From Kudoa neothunni (taxonomy: Eukaryota; Animalia; Cnidaria), in assembly GCA_964304625.1 (NCBI GenBank), contig OZ199840.1, positions 1,838,532-1,902,531 of the forward strand: a DNA stretch of 64,000 nt, written 5' to 3'. Shown here piece after piece: positions 1-13,896 of this stretch. Each line of letters opens with the position of its first letter. Position 1 is the first letter of the stretch. The notes under the pieces are model-generated. The model was not told the DNA's origin. It saw nothing but the letters and a program-made list of their open reading frames with translations, and made no database searches. Position numbers and translations under genes: made by a program.

Positions 1-779
1 TATTCTCATATTACTTCAGGCGAATACATGTTTCTCGTTATAATGATTATGATTTACAGTCATCTAAGAATTCTGAGAATTAACGGATTATTTAATTTTA
101 AAGCAATCTAAATCTCAATATTTAACATTCATGAAACTGAATCATGGATAAGTAATGTAAGATATGCATACAATAATAAAAATAACTGAGTTATTCAGAA
201 AATTATATATATATTTTTTATTTTAAACGACAATAAAATTATAGTATTTATTTAGATATTTATTGTCTATTTAATGGAATATTTTATTACGGAAAAATAT
301 AAAAAGTATCTTAAGATAAAAAATGTTAGATCGGATATAGTGAAGTAAAAAAATAACTTACTATTACGAACGAGAAAAAATTTCAGCCGATAAATTCAAC
401 GAATAAGTTGAAAATTTGGAATAAACAGCTTTGCACATATATTTTGCGAATTTTAAAATATTTCGTGTGTGAATAACAAAAAGTCATTAATACCGTAACC
501 GTACATTAATATCTGGGAAATGCATTTATTTTAATCTTAAACACAATCAACTAGTTTACTTGAGTGCAAAATATTTTTTTAATAAAAAATCTAATGATAT
601 TTTATCGATAGAAATCTTTCAATGAATTTATATCAATATAATAATACTTGAAAATTTATCAATTTTTAATATTAAGAATATCGAAGTCACAGAATAAACT
701 TTAACCCCATAATTATTTCGCTGTATTATCTATGTTCAACGTAATGTTAGAAACTAGTCTACCTATAATGTATATGAGC

Positions 780-2300
780 ACGAAAAATAACATTCTGAGT
801 AAATATAATCCTCATTTTTACGAATTTTAGAAACAACATATGGTAATCTTAATAAATTACCAATTTTCCAGGAATAGGTTTTGAACGACGGCTTCTAGGT
901 AATAAGTGTCGTAATACTCCTTCTAATTTTCACATGTGATTTTTAATTTTTCCAATTTATCAATATAAAATTCATTTTTATCCAATTTAGGTTACTCAAG
1001 ATATGTTTTATTCCTTGTTAAATTGGGCTTTAATTTTCACATAACCCCTCAATAAAAGTAAACAGAGCAGAATATGCTCAATCGAAATATGAATAAAATA
1101 TCCATTAAACAATTCAGCCACATCCGGGGTTAGATCCATCCTTCTTTAACTCTCTTTTGGGTGTTAAAAAGAGTCATATCATACTTGGAGATTTTGGTAC
1201 ATATTCTAACAATGGAACTACGTTAACATTTCTCAGGGCACGTGATTTTGTTTTAAGTATGTTCAATTCGTTAATTGGATGATTTTTTAATACAGAATAC
1301 ATGGATGATAGGCGTTTCACGTACAAAAGAAAGTGGTTATTGCTGTGATATTCATTTTTCAATCCTAATTTCTGAACTAAAAAAACACATTGATTGAAAT
1401 GGAAAATTCAATTTAATATTACATTTTGATTATTTTTTAAATGTATCATATGTTATCTTTTCAAGACCTAGAATATAATTCTCTGAAAATATACGTTCTT
1501 TTTATTCTATATCATCCTTAACAATTGGGGTGTGTAATCATATTCACTTTTCACAACCATTAGGGGCACATGAACGGGAAAATTCACTAAAAGATTTTGA
1601 CGTGAGTAGTGTACAGTTGATAAAATTCCATCAAAATTCCTTTAAATGATGCAACCGCAGTCTATAAATCGGTATTCATAAAATTTGCAATATTCTCTTC
1701 ATTAATAAATAGAATTATTCCATTCGCTGAATGGGAACCTGAATCATGCAAACGAAATGGTTCATTTTTGAAGATTAATATATTGGATTCGGTCAGTCTC
1801 CTTTCTATGCTGATTTTTATATTACTTTTTTTTAATATTAATGTAAACATTTCATTTTTAAATTAATAAGGTATCAGCAATAATTTGTTTTATGGTAGAT
1901 AATGCAAACACCTGGTTTGTCGGGAAATGCATATTTTCGGTCGAACGTTTAATTTTTTTCATTAACAAGTTTGAAATTTTATTTCAACTTCAGGTACTAT
2001 AAGAATGTGATTTCCGAGCTCTTTACCGAGCTCTTTAATATTTTAATTTCCCTCAACCATATTTATGTGTAATCTTCCCTTGAAATATCGCACATCACGT
2101 TTACAGGATTGGATGTTACCGTATTTCAAGTTCAAAATGCAACTGTCTTAGAATGAAATGATTAAATAAATTATTAATTTTTTTCGATATTCAAACATCA
2201 AGATGAATAGAGTTTAGGGTGGTTTGAATGATCAAGGCGGTTTTGTGAAGGAACTTTTTAATTTTTAAATGACCCCTCAATAGGATAGAGAATGGCAAAT
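780..2300 (-). mobile_element. Degenerate MULE (Mutator-like) transposase remnant; ends not defined
   Basis: Fragments read FRLHDSGSHSANGIILF..., ...FYQLYTTHVKIF..IFPFM and FHFNQCV..VQKLGLKNEY. These match the animal MULE pattern (FLLHDSG..RIIIF / F.QLYTIH / CFFH..Q....IQ.LGL...Y). Many stops and frameshifts. Confidence 0.55.
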
Positions 2301-4899
2301 ATGATAATAAAAATAGAAACTTAGGATTGCTTTGTTTGTTTAAATTAGTTGCATAATTAAATCTGTTTTTTCGAAAATAACATTTTCCATAGAAATGAGA
2401 TCTATTTCGATTTCTCCATTATCCGGATCATCGAAAGTAATTAACTTATGAAAACTTGAAATATATTTTTATATCGGATACTTTTAACCTTGAAGTTCTC
2501 TGTGATCACAGGAATCGATCTGCCGAATGAATTTTCATTGAATTGGGAAACTCCGATCCACTTATATAAATGATTAGAGTATATATTAACTAATTTTTGA
2601 GAATTTCTATAACCTAACTTTTTTTATGAAATCATTAAATTATATGAATTAAAATATTTTTTTCTTATTAGCATATTTTCTGGAGGATTTCTCATTAACG
2701 TGATGCGGGAACTTCTTTTTATGGTATAATAAAAACTCCATAAGCAGCTACACATTACGTGTCTTCTGACATCAATATTATAATGCTCAGATAGCCTTCC
2801 ACAAGTTACTTCTACTGTGTTTGTGCAGTTTCCACCTATTAAATCCTTTATTTATTTTCTGTGTGTCAGTTCGTTTGGATCTTCAGTCTCTAACTTTTTT
2901 AGAAATTAAAGCAAGGACCAGTTTTCATTCTTGTTATAAAATCTTTTCGACCATGAAATTATGAACTCCTATTTTATCAGAAACAAATGTACTGGGTAGT
3001 TATCCTTGTAAAAATGAAAGTGAGAGAATAAATGTTGAATAATTTAGATAGTGAAACAGTCGTATTCCTCATGTTTTACCAGTTGATATATATATATATA
3101 TATATATTTTTGTTGGTTTCTGCTTTACTCTGACATTTTTCCCTAACGTGCTCGCTAGTTTCTAATGAATTAAGGAATACTTAACTAAAAACTCATTATA
3201 CCAATAATATTTCTTGTTTAATATCTTTCTTGAATAAACTCCTAAAATTTTATACAATGTTAGTTTTTTATGTGAAAATTGATGCTAATAATAAGCATTG
3301 ATAAATCTGATTCTCGTCAGGATTTTTACGTTAATATCAATTAAAAATTTTTATAAATGTGTCTTTAATTCTGACATTAAATATGTCAGCTAAGTTGAAA
3401 AATTGAGATGTACCTGAATTAATAATTAGTCGCTGCGCTAACAAGGATCGTTGCATTTTGAATTTGAAATACTCATTTTTCCAATTTAGTTTGTTCATAA
3501 AATTAACGCGAAGAATTTGTTGTCATCACGTAGCGTATTTACGAGAGTATGTGGCGTTTCCATGTAGCTCCAATATCCAATATCGGCATTTTTCAGCACC
3601 GTAGTACGCACTTGCCGGTCTGCCGAATTTTTTTTAATGGAGAGATTTCCTGTATCCGCTAATATTACACTATTTCTCAAATGCTAAATCTGAATTCTAA
3701 GGTTATTTTACGGGAGTTTGAATCTTGCAAATTAAAATGAGATTAACGCTCTCTTCCGGATGGCATGTTCCAAAACGTACTGATTTGCTGTTTCAGTAGA
3801 TATCTCTGAAACTCCTCCAAACGTTATATTACCAGTTTATGTATAATGTATGAATTAGACTACTGTGAAAATTTAGTTCCTGATGGACGGATTACTTTGT
3901 TACCTACCCTAAATGAGTTACATTCATCCAACTTGCTTATTCTACATTTTTCAAAGTTATATTATATTACATTTTAATTTATAATAAAATCTATATTACT
4001 CAGAAAAAATTTAATTTAAACTGTTAAAAATGATCTAAAATTTCTGGAGGTCCGTCCCCTCAAGGATTAATACCCAATTATCAAAAATCTATTCGTACTA
4101 TCTAAATAATGTTATATTTCTAATTATTGATATATTGACTGATTAATTTTATAAAAAATTCACCAGTAAAATGGGGCTTGGGTAGATTTTTACATTTCCA
4201 GTTGAAAATGCTTGTAACATAATAAGAAAAAATCTATTTAATATCGGAAAAACGTCATTATAGAAGATTTGATTTATTTCAAACTCTTTCTGTTTATATA
4301 TACATGAATATTATCAACACGCATAACTCTAAATATTAAATATGTGGTAATCACTGTTTCAGAGAAAAAATTTCCTTTGGCAGAAGTCAAGAATTCCAAA
4401 AGTCCAAAAATCGCGCTACACAAAAACCACTATAATAAGATTTTTACCATGAACTGTAAAAATAAAACCATATATTTATAATGCATTAATTACCATCGTA
4501 TATTATACAATTTAAAATTAGAAAATCTAATTTTCAATGGTTTATAAATACAATAGCGAACAACATTCATATCCTATACAATGCATTATTTTTAGTTTTT
4601 AAATTCATCGAAAAACGTTAATCTAATTGTTCTCATTCACCGTATACCCTCGCGTATAGGTCAAATCCTCGTTTTTGCCCATTAACTCTTAAATGATGAG
4701 TACGATCAAGAAACTATATGAAAACATTACTTTCCCTTAAACTTAAAAATTAGTCGGATTTCCTAAAAAATAAACGTGACTAACATGAATCTTATAAGAA
4801 AGAGCTAGAAAAATTATCTGAAAGCAATAAAAAACTAAATAAATGAAAAAAGACCCTCACATGCCACAAGTTAATTTTATAATAAGCGAATTAAACACA

Positions 4900-5819
4900 A
4901 AAAACATTTATAATACTATAACCATTCCTATATTTATTGATTTTACTTCTTATTTATTATCAGTAAATAAGTAAAACTCAATACTAATGTATTGTTTGAG
5001 CGAATCTATTCTATAATGAAAATTTAGGATATCAACACAGGTTTATATACCTTTCAATGTTGTGTGTGAAAATTAACGAATATCCAATCGCACGCATATA
5101 ATATACCCACATTATATTTAAAATTTCGCACAGTAGACTATTCTCTATTCTACAAAACCATATTTTACCAAATTAAATAATTTTTTCAAATAACGATATC
5201 ATTAATTATAGGGTAAAATAATGGCAACACCAATGAGCTTATCCATGATGTTTAACCAGATATACTGAGAAACATTTATCAGATATGATATCGAAAAGTC
5301 TATCGAAGCTAAAAAAACATTTTGATTTTCATGCAACAACAAATACAACGTCGAATAGCCAAGATAGTAAAATATTAATCCTACTATTTAAAACACATCG
5401 AGAGGATTAACAATGCAGATACGTTTCATCGATCCCTCCTACCACTGGTTCTCTAAACATATAACACCAATTTTTATACTAATAATTTCGATCTGATTAA
5501 CTGCCATAGCATATTGGCATAGTTAGAAATAGTTAAAAGTTTCAATTTTTAGATTAGGAAATAATCTGACCAATTATCGCATAATTTATTCGACTTAAAA
5601 AAAGGCCCATTTTAACCCTATAAATCAGTTGTATCACCTTCGATTGTAATTTTAAATAAAATACAAAACACAATGACCGCTTTAACACTCGTTTACATGA
5701 GATAAAACTATAGCAACATCTGTTGTTGATGAGAGCGCCAAAGCTGATAATCCCTTGGCGGCTGCGTCGAAAGCGTTACTAATCGAAGTTGCTAGTGCTT
5801 TTGTGCGGATTTGCTTCAT
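4900..5819 (-). CDS. Probable multi-exon hypothetical gene, head-to-head with the kinesin; 3' end uncertain
   Basis: GC-richer first exon MKQIRTKALATSISNAFDAAAKGLSALALSSTTDVAIVLSH followed by a GTAAAC donor. Further short open segments flanked by GT..AG occur down to about 5000 (e.g. RINILLSWLFDV). No complete spliced model was obtained. Confidence 0.4.
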
Positions 5820-5883
5820 TTGTTCCCGTTGTAATACATTTGAAATCACAACTGACAACATCCTAGCAGCAACATCAGTAAGA

Positions 5884-8800
5884 ATGTCGTTCAGCTCAGA
5901 TAATTCCTTGACACCGGTGAAGGTATTTGATTTTATTTTGCGATTTCGCTCGAAGAACAAAACCAAAAATTCAGTAGCTCACTGAGTTATAGATCTACTG
6001 ATCGTATCCTGCTCGTTTAATACGTATCTAATGTTTAGGTTTATTGTCGAATAAAACCTCACCACAGCTCGAACGGCGAGAGATGTGTGAACTTTTTAAA
6101 TTCCACACAAATTGAGTTGATAGTACCATCCACAAAGGTAGATAAAGACAGGTTGGTGGTTGTGTAATCGAGTCATTAATCAATATAGGATTATTCCTAT
6201 AAAGATAAACCAACAATAGTGGCTGATTTCACACGCGTATTTCCAGCTGCCGACAGTCAGCGTTGTCTGTTTGTCGAAGTGGGTTATCCACTAATTAAAA
6301 AGCTTATCCACGGTCAAAATGGATTGTTGTTCGCGTATGGAGTAACCTGCTCCGGTAAGACCCACACACTCACCGGAAATGCTGAAAACCCTGGCATAAT
6401 TCCTCAAGCCATTTCCACAGTGTATCGATCGTTATCCACCAGTCTTGTGCCCAAAGAAGTAATTTGATTGCAGTTGTTAACCATGAAGTAAATCCATACA
6501 TACATACATACATAGACTATTTATATCGATCAAGAGAATAACGTTGTTCAGGATCAACGCCGATCATCAATCTATTTGATTAGAGATGAACTATTTCCAG
6601 TGTATTTCTTGTGATTACGTTGTGTGTGTGTGTGTGCATAAGGTTGATCGAATTAATTTGGTTAGAAATACGGATGTGGTTGGTCAATGGTTGATTCAGG
6701 ATGATGTCACAAAAGTTGAGCTGGTGTGTGTTTGATTTTTTGGCGTATCTAAACAAATCTAGATCGATGAATTCTCCCGTTACGCTATTTTTATATCCTA
6801 TATCGAAATATACAATGGCAAAATATACGATTTGTTGTCATCGAAAAGCAAAAACTACGATAGGTAGAATTCGCGACGTTAACCAATTCAAATGTAAGCG
6901 TTATACTTGTCCACCTTAGGTCATTGCTTAAAACACTGCGCGACTACTCACTCGGTAAAAGCATATTCTCAGAATGTGAGTATCAAATGAACACCGTGGA
7001 GGAGGCTCTTTCGGCTTATTTACATGGTGATTAATTAAATTCAAATTATTCATTGTTTTCTACGTGTAAAATTAGCTCAAAATTTCAGAAAATTTGAAAA
7101 AACCGGCCTCAACAAAAGTAGCAGTAGAGGTCATGCTATTTTTACCATAAGGATTGTTCGATTGGAAGATGGAGTTCTTGTAATGGTGAGCTTTTATAAT
7201 TTGGTGACGTTTTACCCTCTCACTAATCACATACAAATTGCCATTATTAATGAGAATTTTAAAATAAATAGGAATACTCACAATTTATTTAATTTTTAAT
7301 TATCCTAACGATAATTATTCAAGATGATTGGATGCATTTTAATCTAGAATAGCTACAGTAGAAATTGTCTATTGAATTGCGTAAGTATAGTTCCGAGTAT
7401 AAATTAGCTATATCTATTCCCAAGATATAATTCTAAGATATAAATTCTAAGATATAAATTCTAAGATATAAATTCTAAGATATAAATTCTAAGATATAAA
7501 ATCTAGGATATAAAATCTAGGATATAAATTCTAAGATATAAAATCTAAGATATAAATTCTAAGATATAAAATCTAAGATATAAAATCTAAGATATAAATT
7601 CTAAGATATAAAATCTAAGATAGATATAAATTCTAAGATATAAAATCTAAGATAGTGAAGATTAAAACGCCGATCTTTATATTTGTTTATTTTGAAAATA
7701 AACGGTGTTTAACTCCTAGATAGATGTAGGGAGAATTAGGGCAAGTAAAAAATGCGTGCTAGCTAGATATTTGATTTTACAGTAGACAACCAATTTTATA
7801 TAACCCCTTTTGAACCGTGAAAAAGTGTAAAATCAAAGCCAATCAATTTATTAGTGCATACGCGAAACTATTAGTATGCTTTTTTATGGAGCATAAAAAA
7901 ATTGGCGGTCTTTTTACTGCCAACGTATAAATGAACTAGAGTTATATTACAGAAAAAATAGGTGATCTTTAGTGTCATTTTTGAAAAAATCAGTTATTTT
8001 GGATTATTTTATATTTTGACTCACTATATCGTATGTAAATCAATATGCAATTGTGATAATTTTCGAAACCGATCTAAACGATTTTTTAACTTTTAACTGG
8101 TGGGAAATTTTGATCTTTCTTTTTTCTTTGGAGAAAACATTATTCGAGTTGCTGTGTTTGATATGTTGGAATGTGTCACAATAGCTTTCTTTTAATTTTT
8201 TAATGAGAAATTTGTAAATATTTCGTATTGTCTATTTTAACTTTATATTGGCATATTTCTAAATTTTCTGGGAATAATGATATATCGATTAACAGTTTAA
8301 AAAAGTGCTAAAAAAGTGCTAAAAATCGACAGGCCATGCGATTTTTAGTATATATTTTTCATCATTTACGGTTAATTATGTAAATGATGTAGATTAACAT
8401 TGAGAATATTTCCAATTACAATCGAACCTCGATTATCCTGAAGATATTTGAATTTTTGGTTGAATTTGATTGAAATAACATTTTGATAAATGTCCGATTA
8501 ACTGGAAAGAAATCCCAAGCCCCAAGTCTTCCGGATAATCGAGGTTCAATTAAGTAACTTCCAAAAAATGTGTGAAATCGGTTGATGACTGTATTTATCA
8601 TATTCAGTCGACTATGCTTGAAATAGCTTTTTTATTTTCTTATTTTCAATCTTCTTTTCCATTTTTAATTAAGATGTTAGTAATAAGAATAATTATTTAT
8701 GCAAAAAGTGTTTGAATTTCATTGTTAACCCTCTAAGTATAATTGGGGTGGGGTATCTTGGAACCCACGATTGTTTTTCATCTAATTATCCCAAATATTG

Positions 8801-11800
8801 ATTTAAATGTTTGGAGGGAATTTTAAAAAAATTCCATCGAGCAAATATTGTTTTATTGCATGAATATCATATCTTAATCTGTATCGCGCATGTGCCAGAA
8901 ATTAATTTTAAAGATATGCTCAAGTGATCTTAATTTAATAGTGATTACTCCGATACCAAGTCTTCATATTCATATACATTTTCTTCGCCTCAATTATTTA
9001 TCGTTAGAAAAATTTTATATTGATGCGATTTTATTAAACCAGCTAGATTTTGAGTTTTGCTTTTTAAAAAATATGCGATCTTAAAAGTAATACAATACAT
9101 ACACATACGATGTGGTCAAAATATTTCTTTATCATTCGCGCTTGCGCGCACAATAATACATAATGCCATTTATGAAATTACTGGTTATATAATCGATCAA
9201 ATATTTTATCAATAAAAACGAGGGGTTTGTGTGACCCCAATTATACTTGGAGGGCGTAATTTTCATGTGAGACCTAGAAGGTTCAAATAAATTCCAAATT
9301 ATATTCTTATGTTTGAACAATAATAAAGTGGGCATTGTTGTAATCGTTGTTTGTCTGATTTGCGTAATCATATAGTTAATTAGATTTTATTGCTCGTTCG
9401 TTTATTCTACTTTTTGTCTGCATTTAATTGTGTACATGCTTTGTTTCAAAATTACTCCGCTTTGTACTGTGGACAAAAACGTCTAAGTCCAATAAATAGA
9501 ATTATGCCTCAAAACCTGAATTCATGTGTGTTTTTCGATTGACTATATTACTTTTATATCTTGGAAATAATAATTTTTAATATATAATTTCAAATTTAGC
9601 GCAATTTTCGCAATGAGAATTCGTTAAATCTGAGAATCATTTGCGTATATATCTTAAAATTAAGAATAGTTGCTTTTTATTTACATGCAGAGAGAAGTTT
9701 ATTGAAAATTATCTGTTGAAATTAACAATTAATTTTCGATGATTACGTGAATATTCCGCGTATAGTTCAAGAGCGCTAGTCAATTTTTCTATTATCTATT
9801 TTTTTAACCTAATTCGATCCCGAACCAAATTCAGTCAGCCTTATTTTTCGGATTTCATTAGTTTTAAAAATAAGAAATTCTTCAATTAAATTAATTTAGT
9901 TTCTCTGAAACGAATATAAAATTTTCAATCGACCCATACCATACAGAATTGTAAATTGACAACATGGCGTTGTGATTAGTGGTTTGATAGAGGGATCTGT
10001 TGCTTGAACTATTTTCACCCGTTTTATAGAGCGATAGCAGTGTAACAGTCAGTCAACTTTCTATTTGTGACTTGGCTGGGTCAGAAAGAGCGAGGCGCGC
10101 CAACAACGAAATCGATCGACAACGTGAAGCCAATAACATCAATGTATCTCTATCTACCCTTCAAAAGTGTATAATGACTATTCGCGAAAATCAACGCATA
10201 CGAAAAAACAACCTAACCACCGGAATCAAAGTTTCGATCAAATATTTCTTAAGTTTAGTTGACGTAAATTTATATAGATTGTGCCATATCGTGATAATAT
10301 TCTAACTTCATTATTTAAACCCTATTTTGATGGCAATGGCAAGGTAAATTTAAAAAATTTTGATCGAAATTTCATTTTTTTCAACGATTCACTTTACAGA
10401 TACGAATGCTCGTTTGTCTATCTCCTCGTGCTGATGAATATGACGAGAATGCGGTAAGTTTTTGTCTGGCTTCGTAAAGTCTAAGAATGAAATGCGAGCC
10501 CGCTAGAACTTGAATAAAAGGGCACATTGGTTGATACGGATTTTAACAAAATTAGCGTGTTTAATCATGTATAAATCAAATCGAGGATGAATCTAATCAT
10601 GTATAAATCAAGCATTGGAGGTTTAGTGCAACTTTAGATTATTAGACACAGATTAAAATCTTGGTAATCAACTAATATAATACTTTCCGTGTGCGCCTTA
10701 CAGTAATATTTTCGTACTGAGGTGATAAATATTTTATTAGCATTGTTAAATTTTACCGAATGAGTTTGTAGGAGTTAGATTTTTATCAAGACAAAACCGC
10801 AGTAAGATCTTATTCTGCGAGCACGCAATATAAACATAGTCATTTTTTTCAAATGGTGTCAAGTTTAATTAGATTTTAAAATGTCTAAGTTCAGATAACT
10901 TTATTCTTAATTTTCTTCTACGCTTTGACGTTTTGTAAAGCACATGTTATGCCATTCATAACACTCCATTTATCGATTATGGAATTTAATTGTTTCTTAT
11001 TAATATTAGAATCATTGTTAACTTGGAGTAAATAAATTAAAATAATATATTAATTTTCCGCTGCTTATGCGCATCATTTGGACTTAATTTTTGTTTTATG
11101 TAATAGAATTTTATTGATTGTTTCATCCTCTCCAATTCCATTAAAGTAACAAATCACGTGGAATTTAACAATTTTTGTTAACCTGTAGCATTTTTTTATC
11201 ATGAAGTTTGAAATTTAATTTGAACTCTCCCCTTTATGTGCTCTAATTAGTGGAGATTATTTTATCAAACTATTTTTTTAATAACTAGTCTTTTCGTGTG
11301 CTTTTCTTTTTTCATTATTACAATAAATTTTTTTAGCACGTCCTAAAATTCTCTGAACTCACCAAAGAAATTCATCCTGAAAACACTCCCCAAACTAATC
11401 GCAGCAGGCGTAAGGGGTGTTGGGTGATATCCACTCTTATTGATTTTAGATATGAATGTTCGTACCCCCAATTCGTCTGCCAAAAAACGCACGAGATACT
11501 ACAATCACGAACCTTCGTGTGAAACTCCTCCTTGTCCTCCCTTTATTGTAATTTGATTGGGTGTTTCTTCTATTCAAATTGCCTATAGTTGGAGAATTAT
11601 AATAACACCGAAGTGATCGTAAATTACGCCCAATACGTCAAGAAGTGTATAGCTCTAGCTAATCCAATCAAACAAAATCTAGTTGAGACATGTATATTTG
11701 TTGGATTTTATTGCTGATGTAATTTACGAGGATTTAGTGAATTCGCTTAGAGATCTGATAAAGAATGATTATTCTGTAGAATCTAATTGTTGATATTTTT

Positions 11801-12346
11801 GATTTGATTGATGTAGAAATTCAATCAAATTGAAAAAGGCAATCTTAACGATCACGTTCAAATTGGAATTCTTAAAGCTAATCTTGATGCTGCTAATAAA
11901 CAATGCGATTTATACCAACAGAAAAACAGCGAATATGAGAATGATATTCGAAATTTACAACTTGAGGTTGGTTATTTCTTATGAGGTTTCTGTATCAACC
12001 AACGTTCGTGTGTTTATTTTAGTTAAAAAAATACAAGGATAATTGTACGGTTATGTCTCATGATAACAAACGACTTAAAGAGGTAGGTTTTAGTTTAAAA
12101 TGGTTTATGTAAATTTTCTTTTGTTTAGGAAGCCCAAAAAATGGAATCCGAAATTAGTAAACGTTATGATCTTCTCTATGTAATTTTTTATACAACCATT
12201 ACCGATTGATATTAATAAATGTAATGATATAGAGGGAGAAACTTTCTAAGTATGCCGTCAACATGGCCGATAATATAAAGAAAATTAGTCAAATACGCGA
12301 CATTACCACCGGTGATAATGAGAATCCTAATCGACAACTTCGATAG
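5884..12346 (+). CDS. KIF23: Kinesin-6 family motor (KIF23/MKLP1-like), multi-exon: motor plus short coiled coil
   Basis: Spliced exons give VYCRIKP, LIHGQNGLLFAYGVTCSGKTHT (P-loop in KIF23-type context), [75 protein letters not shown] and HVLKFSEL. All junctions are GT-AG. Long introns at 7186-10029 and 10454-11336; stop TAG at 12344-12346. Confidence 0.9.
7422..7654. repeat. 14-bp minisatellite (TCTAAGATATAAAW), about 16 copies, inside a kinesin intron
   Basis: Tandem units are directly visible, with A/T variation at the last position and occasional G variants. Confidence 0.95.
8419..8552. mobile_element. Short Tc1/pogo-type MITE (intronic)
   Basis: TA-CAATCGAACCTCGATTATCC ... GGATAATCGAGGTTCAATTA inverted repeat; same TIR family as at 13529 and 18147. 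Confidence 0.7.
8729..9254. mobile_element. piggyBac-type MITE (intronic)
   Basis: TTAA-CCCTCTAAGTATAATTGGGGT ... ACCCCAATTATACTTGGAGGG (21-bp TIR, 1 mismatch); the right TTAA is degenerate. Confidence 0.75.
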
Positions 12347-13896
12347 GGATTTCTTTCGTGTGCTTTTCGATAGTATGTCGATTGCTTTTATTTCCTACAC
12401 ACTAATTTCGTACTTTCCTTATATTCACTCCATGTCTTTATGTGCTCGCGCGCTTAATGCAATTTTTGGTTCATAGAATTGCTCAAAAGTCTTCAAAAAA
12501 TACTACCCCATTTTTAATATTAATTGGTCAATCCTTTTATCGTTTTTTGGAATATCTTGTCAAGTTTAGAATTTTGACTGTCCGAATTAAAATACTACAG
12601 AAAATAGTCAACATAAAAATCATGTTATTTTGTAGATTTGGTGCAATTTTTACTACATGCGTCATTAGCTATTTTTAGATCTTAGTTTACTTTCTAGTGA
12701 AACTCCTGTAGTTGATGATTGAGAAAAATTCTTAATATATACTCACATATTTGTACATTAAAAAATAGGATTTTTTGACTAAAATAATTTTTACTTGTTT
12801 TCTCTTCCCAGAAGAGAACCCAGTTACTGATGTAGTTTATATATTTACAGAACTTGGTTTTTTAACATGATTATTGAAAAATCAGAGATAATAGCAACTG
12901 TGGAGAACAGTTTGACATTTATAATCCACCGAAAAGACGAGAAATTATAAAATTCACACTTTAAAATAACCACAAGAACGCATACAAGAATTTGAAGTGT
13001 ATTTTAAAATACATTGTAATAATAAAATGTGATTATCAATTCTTCAGGCGAATCTTCATCTTCATTCATTATAAGGAAAAATATCAAATAATAAATATTA
13101 TCAAAGTTTTTATCTCAAATAATTTTTATAAACATTTAATGATTTCTTTATTAAAAATATTGAAAATCTTCATTTTAAAACAGATAATGATAATAATGGA
13201 ATAGAAATTGTTACCTTCATCCGTGCACGCGCTACTGCATAACTTTGATTTCATCGTTGCATTCGAATTTACTCATTTTTTTTGCTTCGTTCTGAGGGGC
13301 TTACTTGAAATTGATGACCTGCCACAATAAGTTAGGTCATCAATTTCCCAATAATTATATTCATGGTTAAAATATTGAGTGAATGCGTAGTATTGCTATA
13401 TTTTGATCAGAATTAGCCTTACTTAGAAATTTTTTTTTAATTTAACACGATACACTAAAATATATTTCTCAGCTCATCTAAATATTCTAATCTTTAATTA
13501 TCTTTACTCTAAAGTGGTCTTATTTATACAGTCGAACCTCGATTATCCCGAATATTTGGGACTCGCGATTTTCCAGTTAATCAAACGTAAACAATGATGC
13601 TTGCGTATTTATTGGGAATTTTTGCTTGTTTTGATTGTTTACTCGATTTATAACCGATTTCAACTATTTACTAAGTAAAATAATTTAACGTCTGCAACTT
13701 AAAATTACAAGTATTGTCATCTATTAAATATGAATATGAACATTTAAAATAAAAAATAGCGCATAATTATAGAAGAAAAACACATCTACAGAGGAATAAC
13801 CTACTTTTATAAATAATCGATGTTAATGTTTGTTTAATACGTATACAGTCATATGTTCAGATATAGTACAAATTTATATAATAACTGAAGGCTTAA

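Noticed and set aside
2700-3900. Possible Merlin/ISXO2-like transposase remnant on the minus strand
   Set aside because: Only vague motif echoes (TNTVE, NATIL) and no TIR or TSD; too decayed to call.
5682-5819. Resemblance of the minus-strand exon to the SWAP70/DEF6 N-terminus
   Set aside because: Only a few matching residues (AF.A, VLSH); downstream exons could not confirm it.
7422-7654. Possible CRISPR-like array
   Set aside because: Contiguous 14-bp units with no unique spacers, inside a eukaryotic intron.
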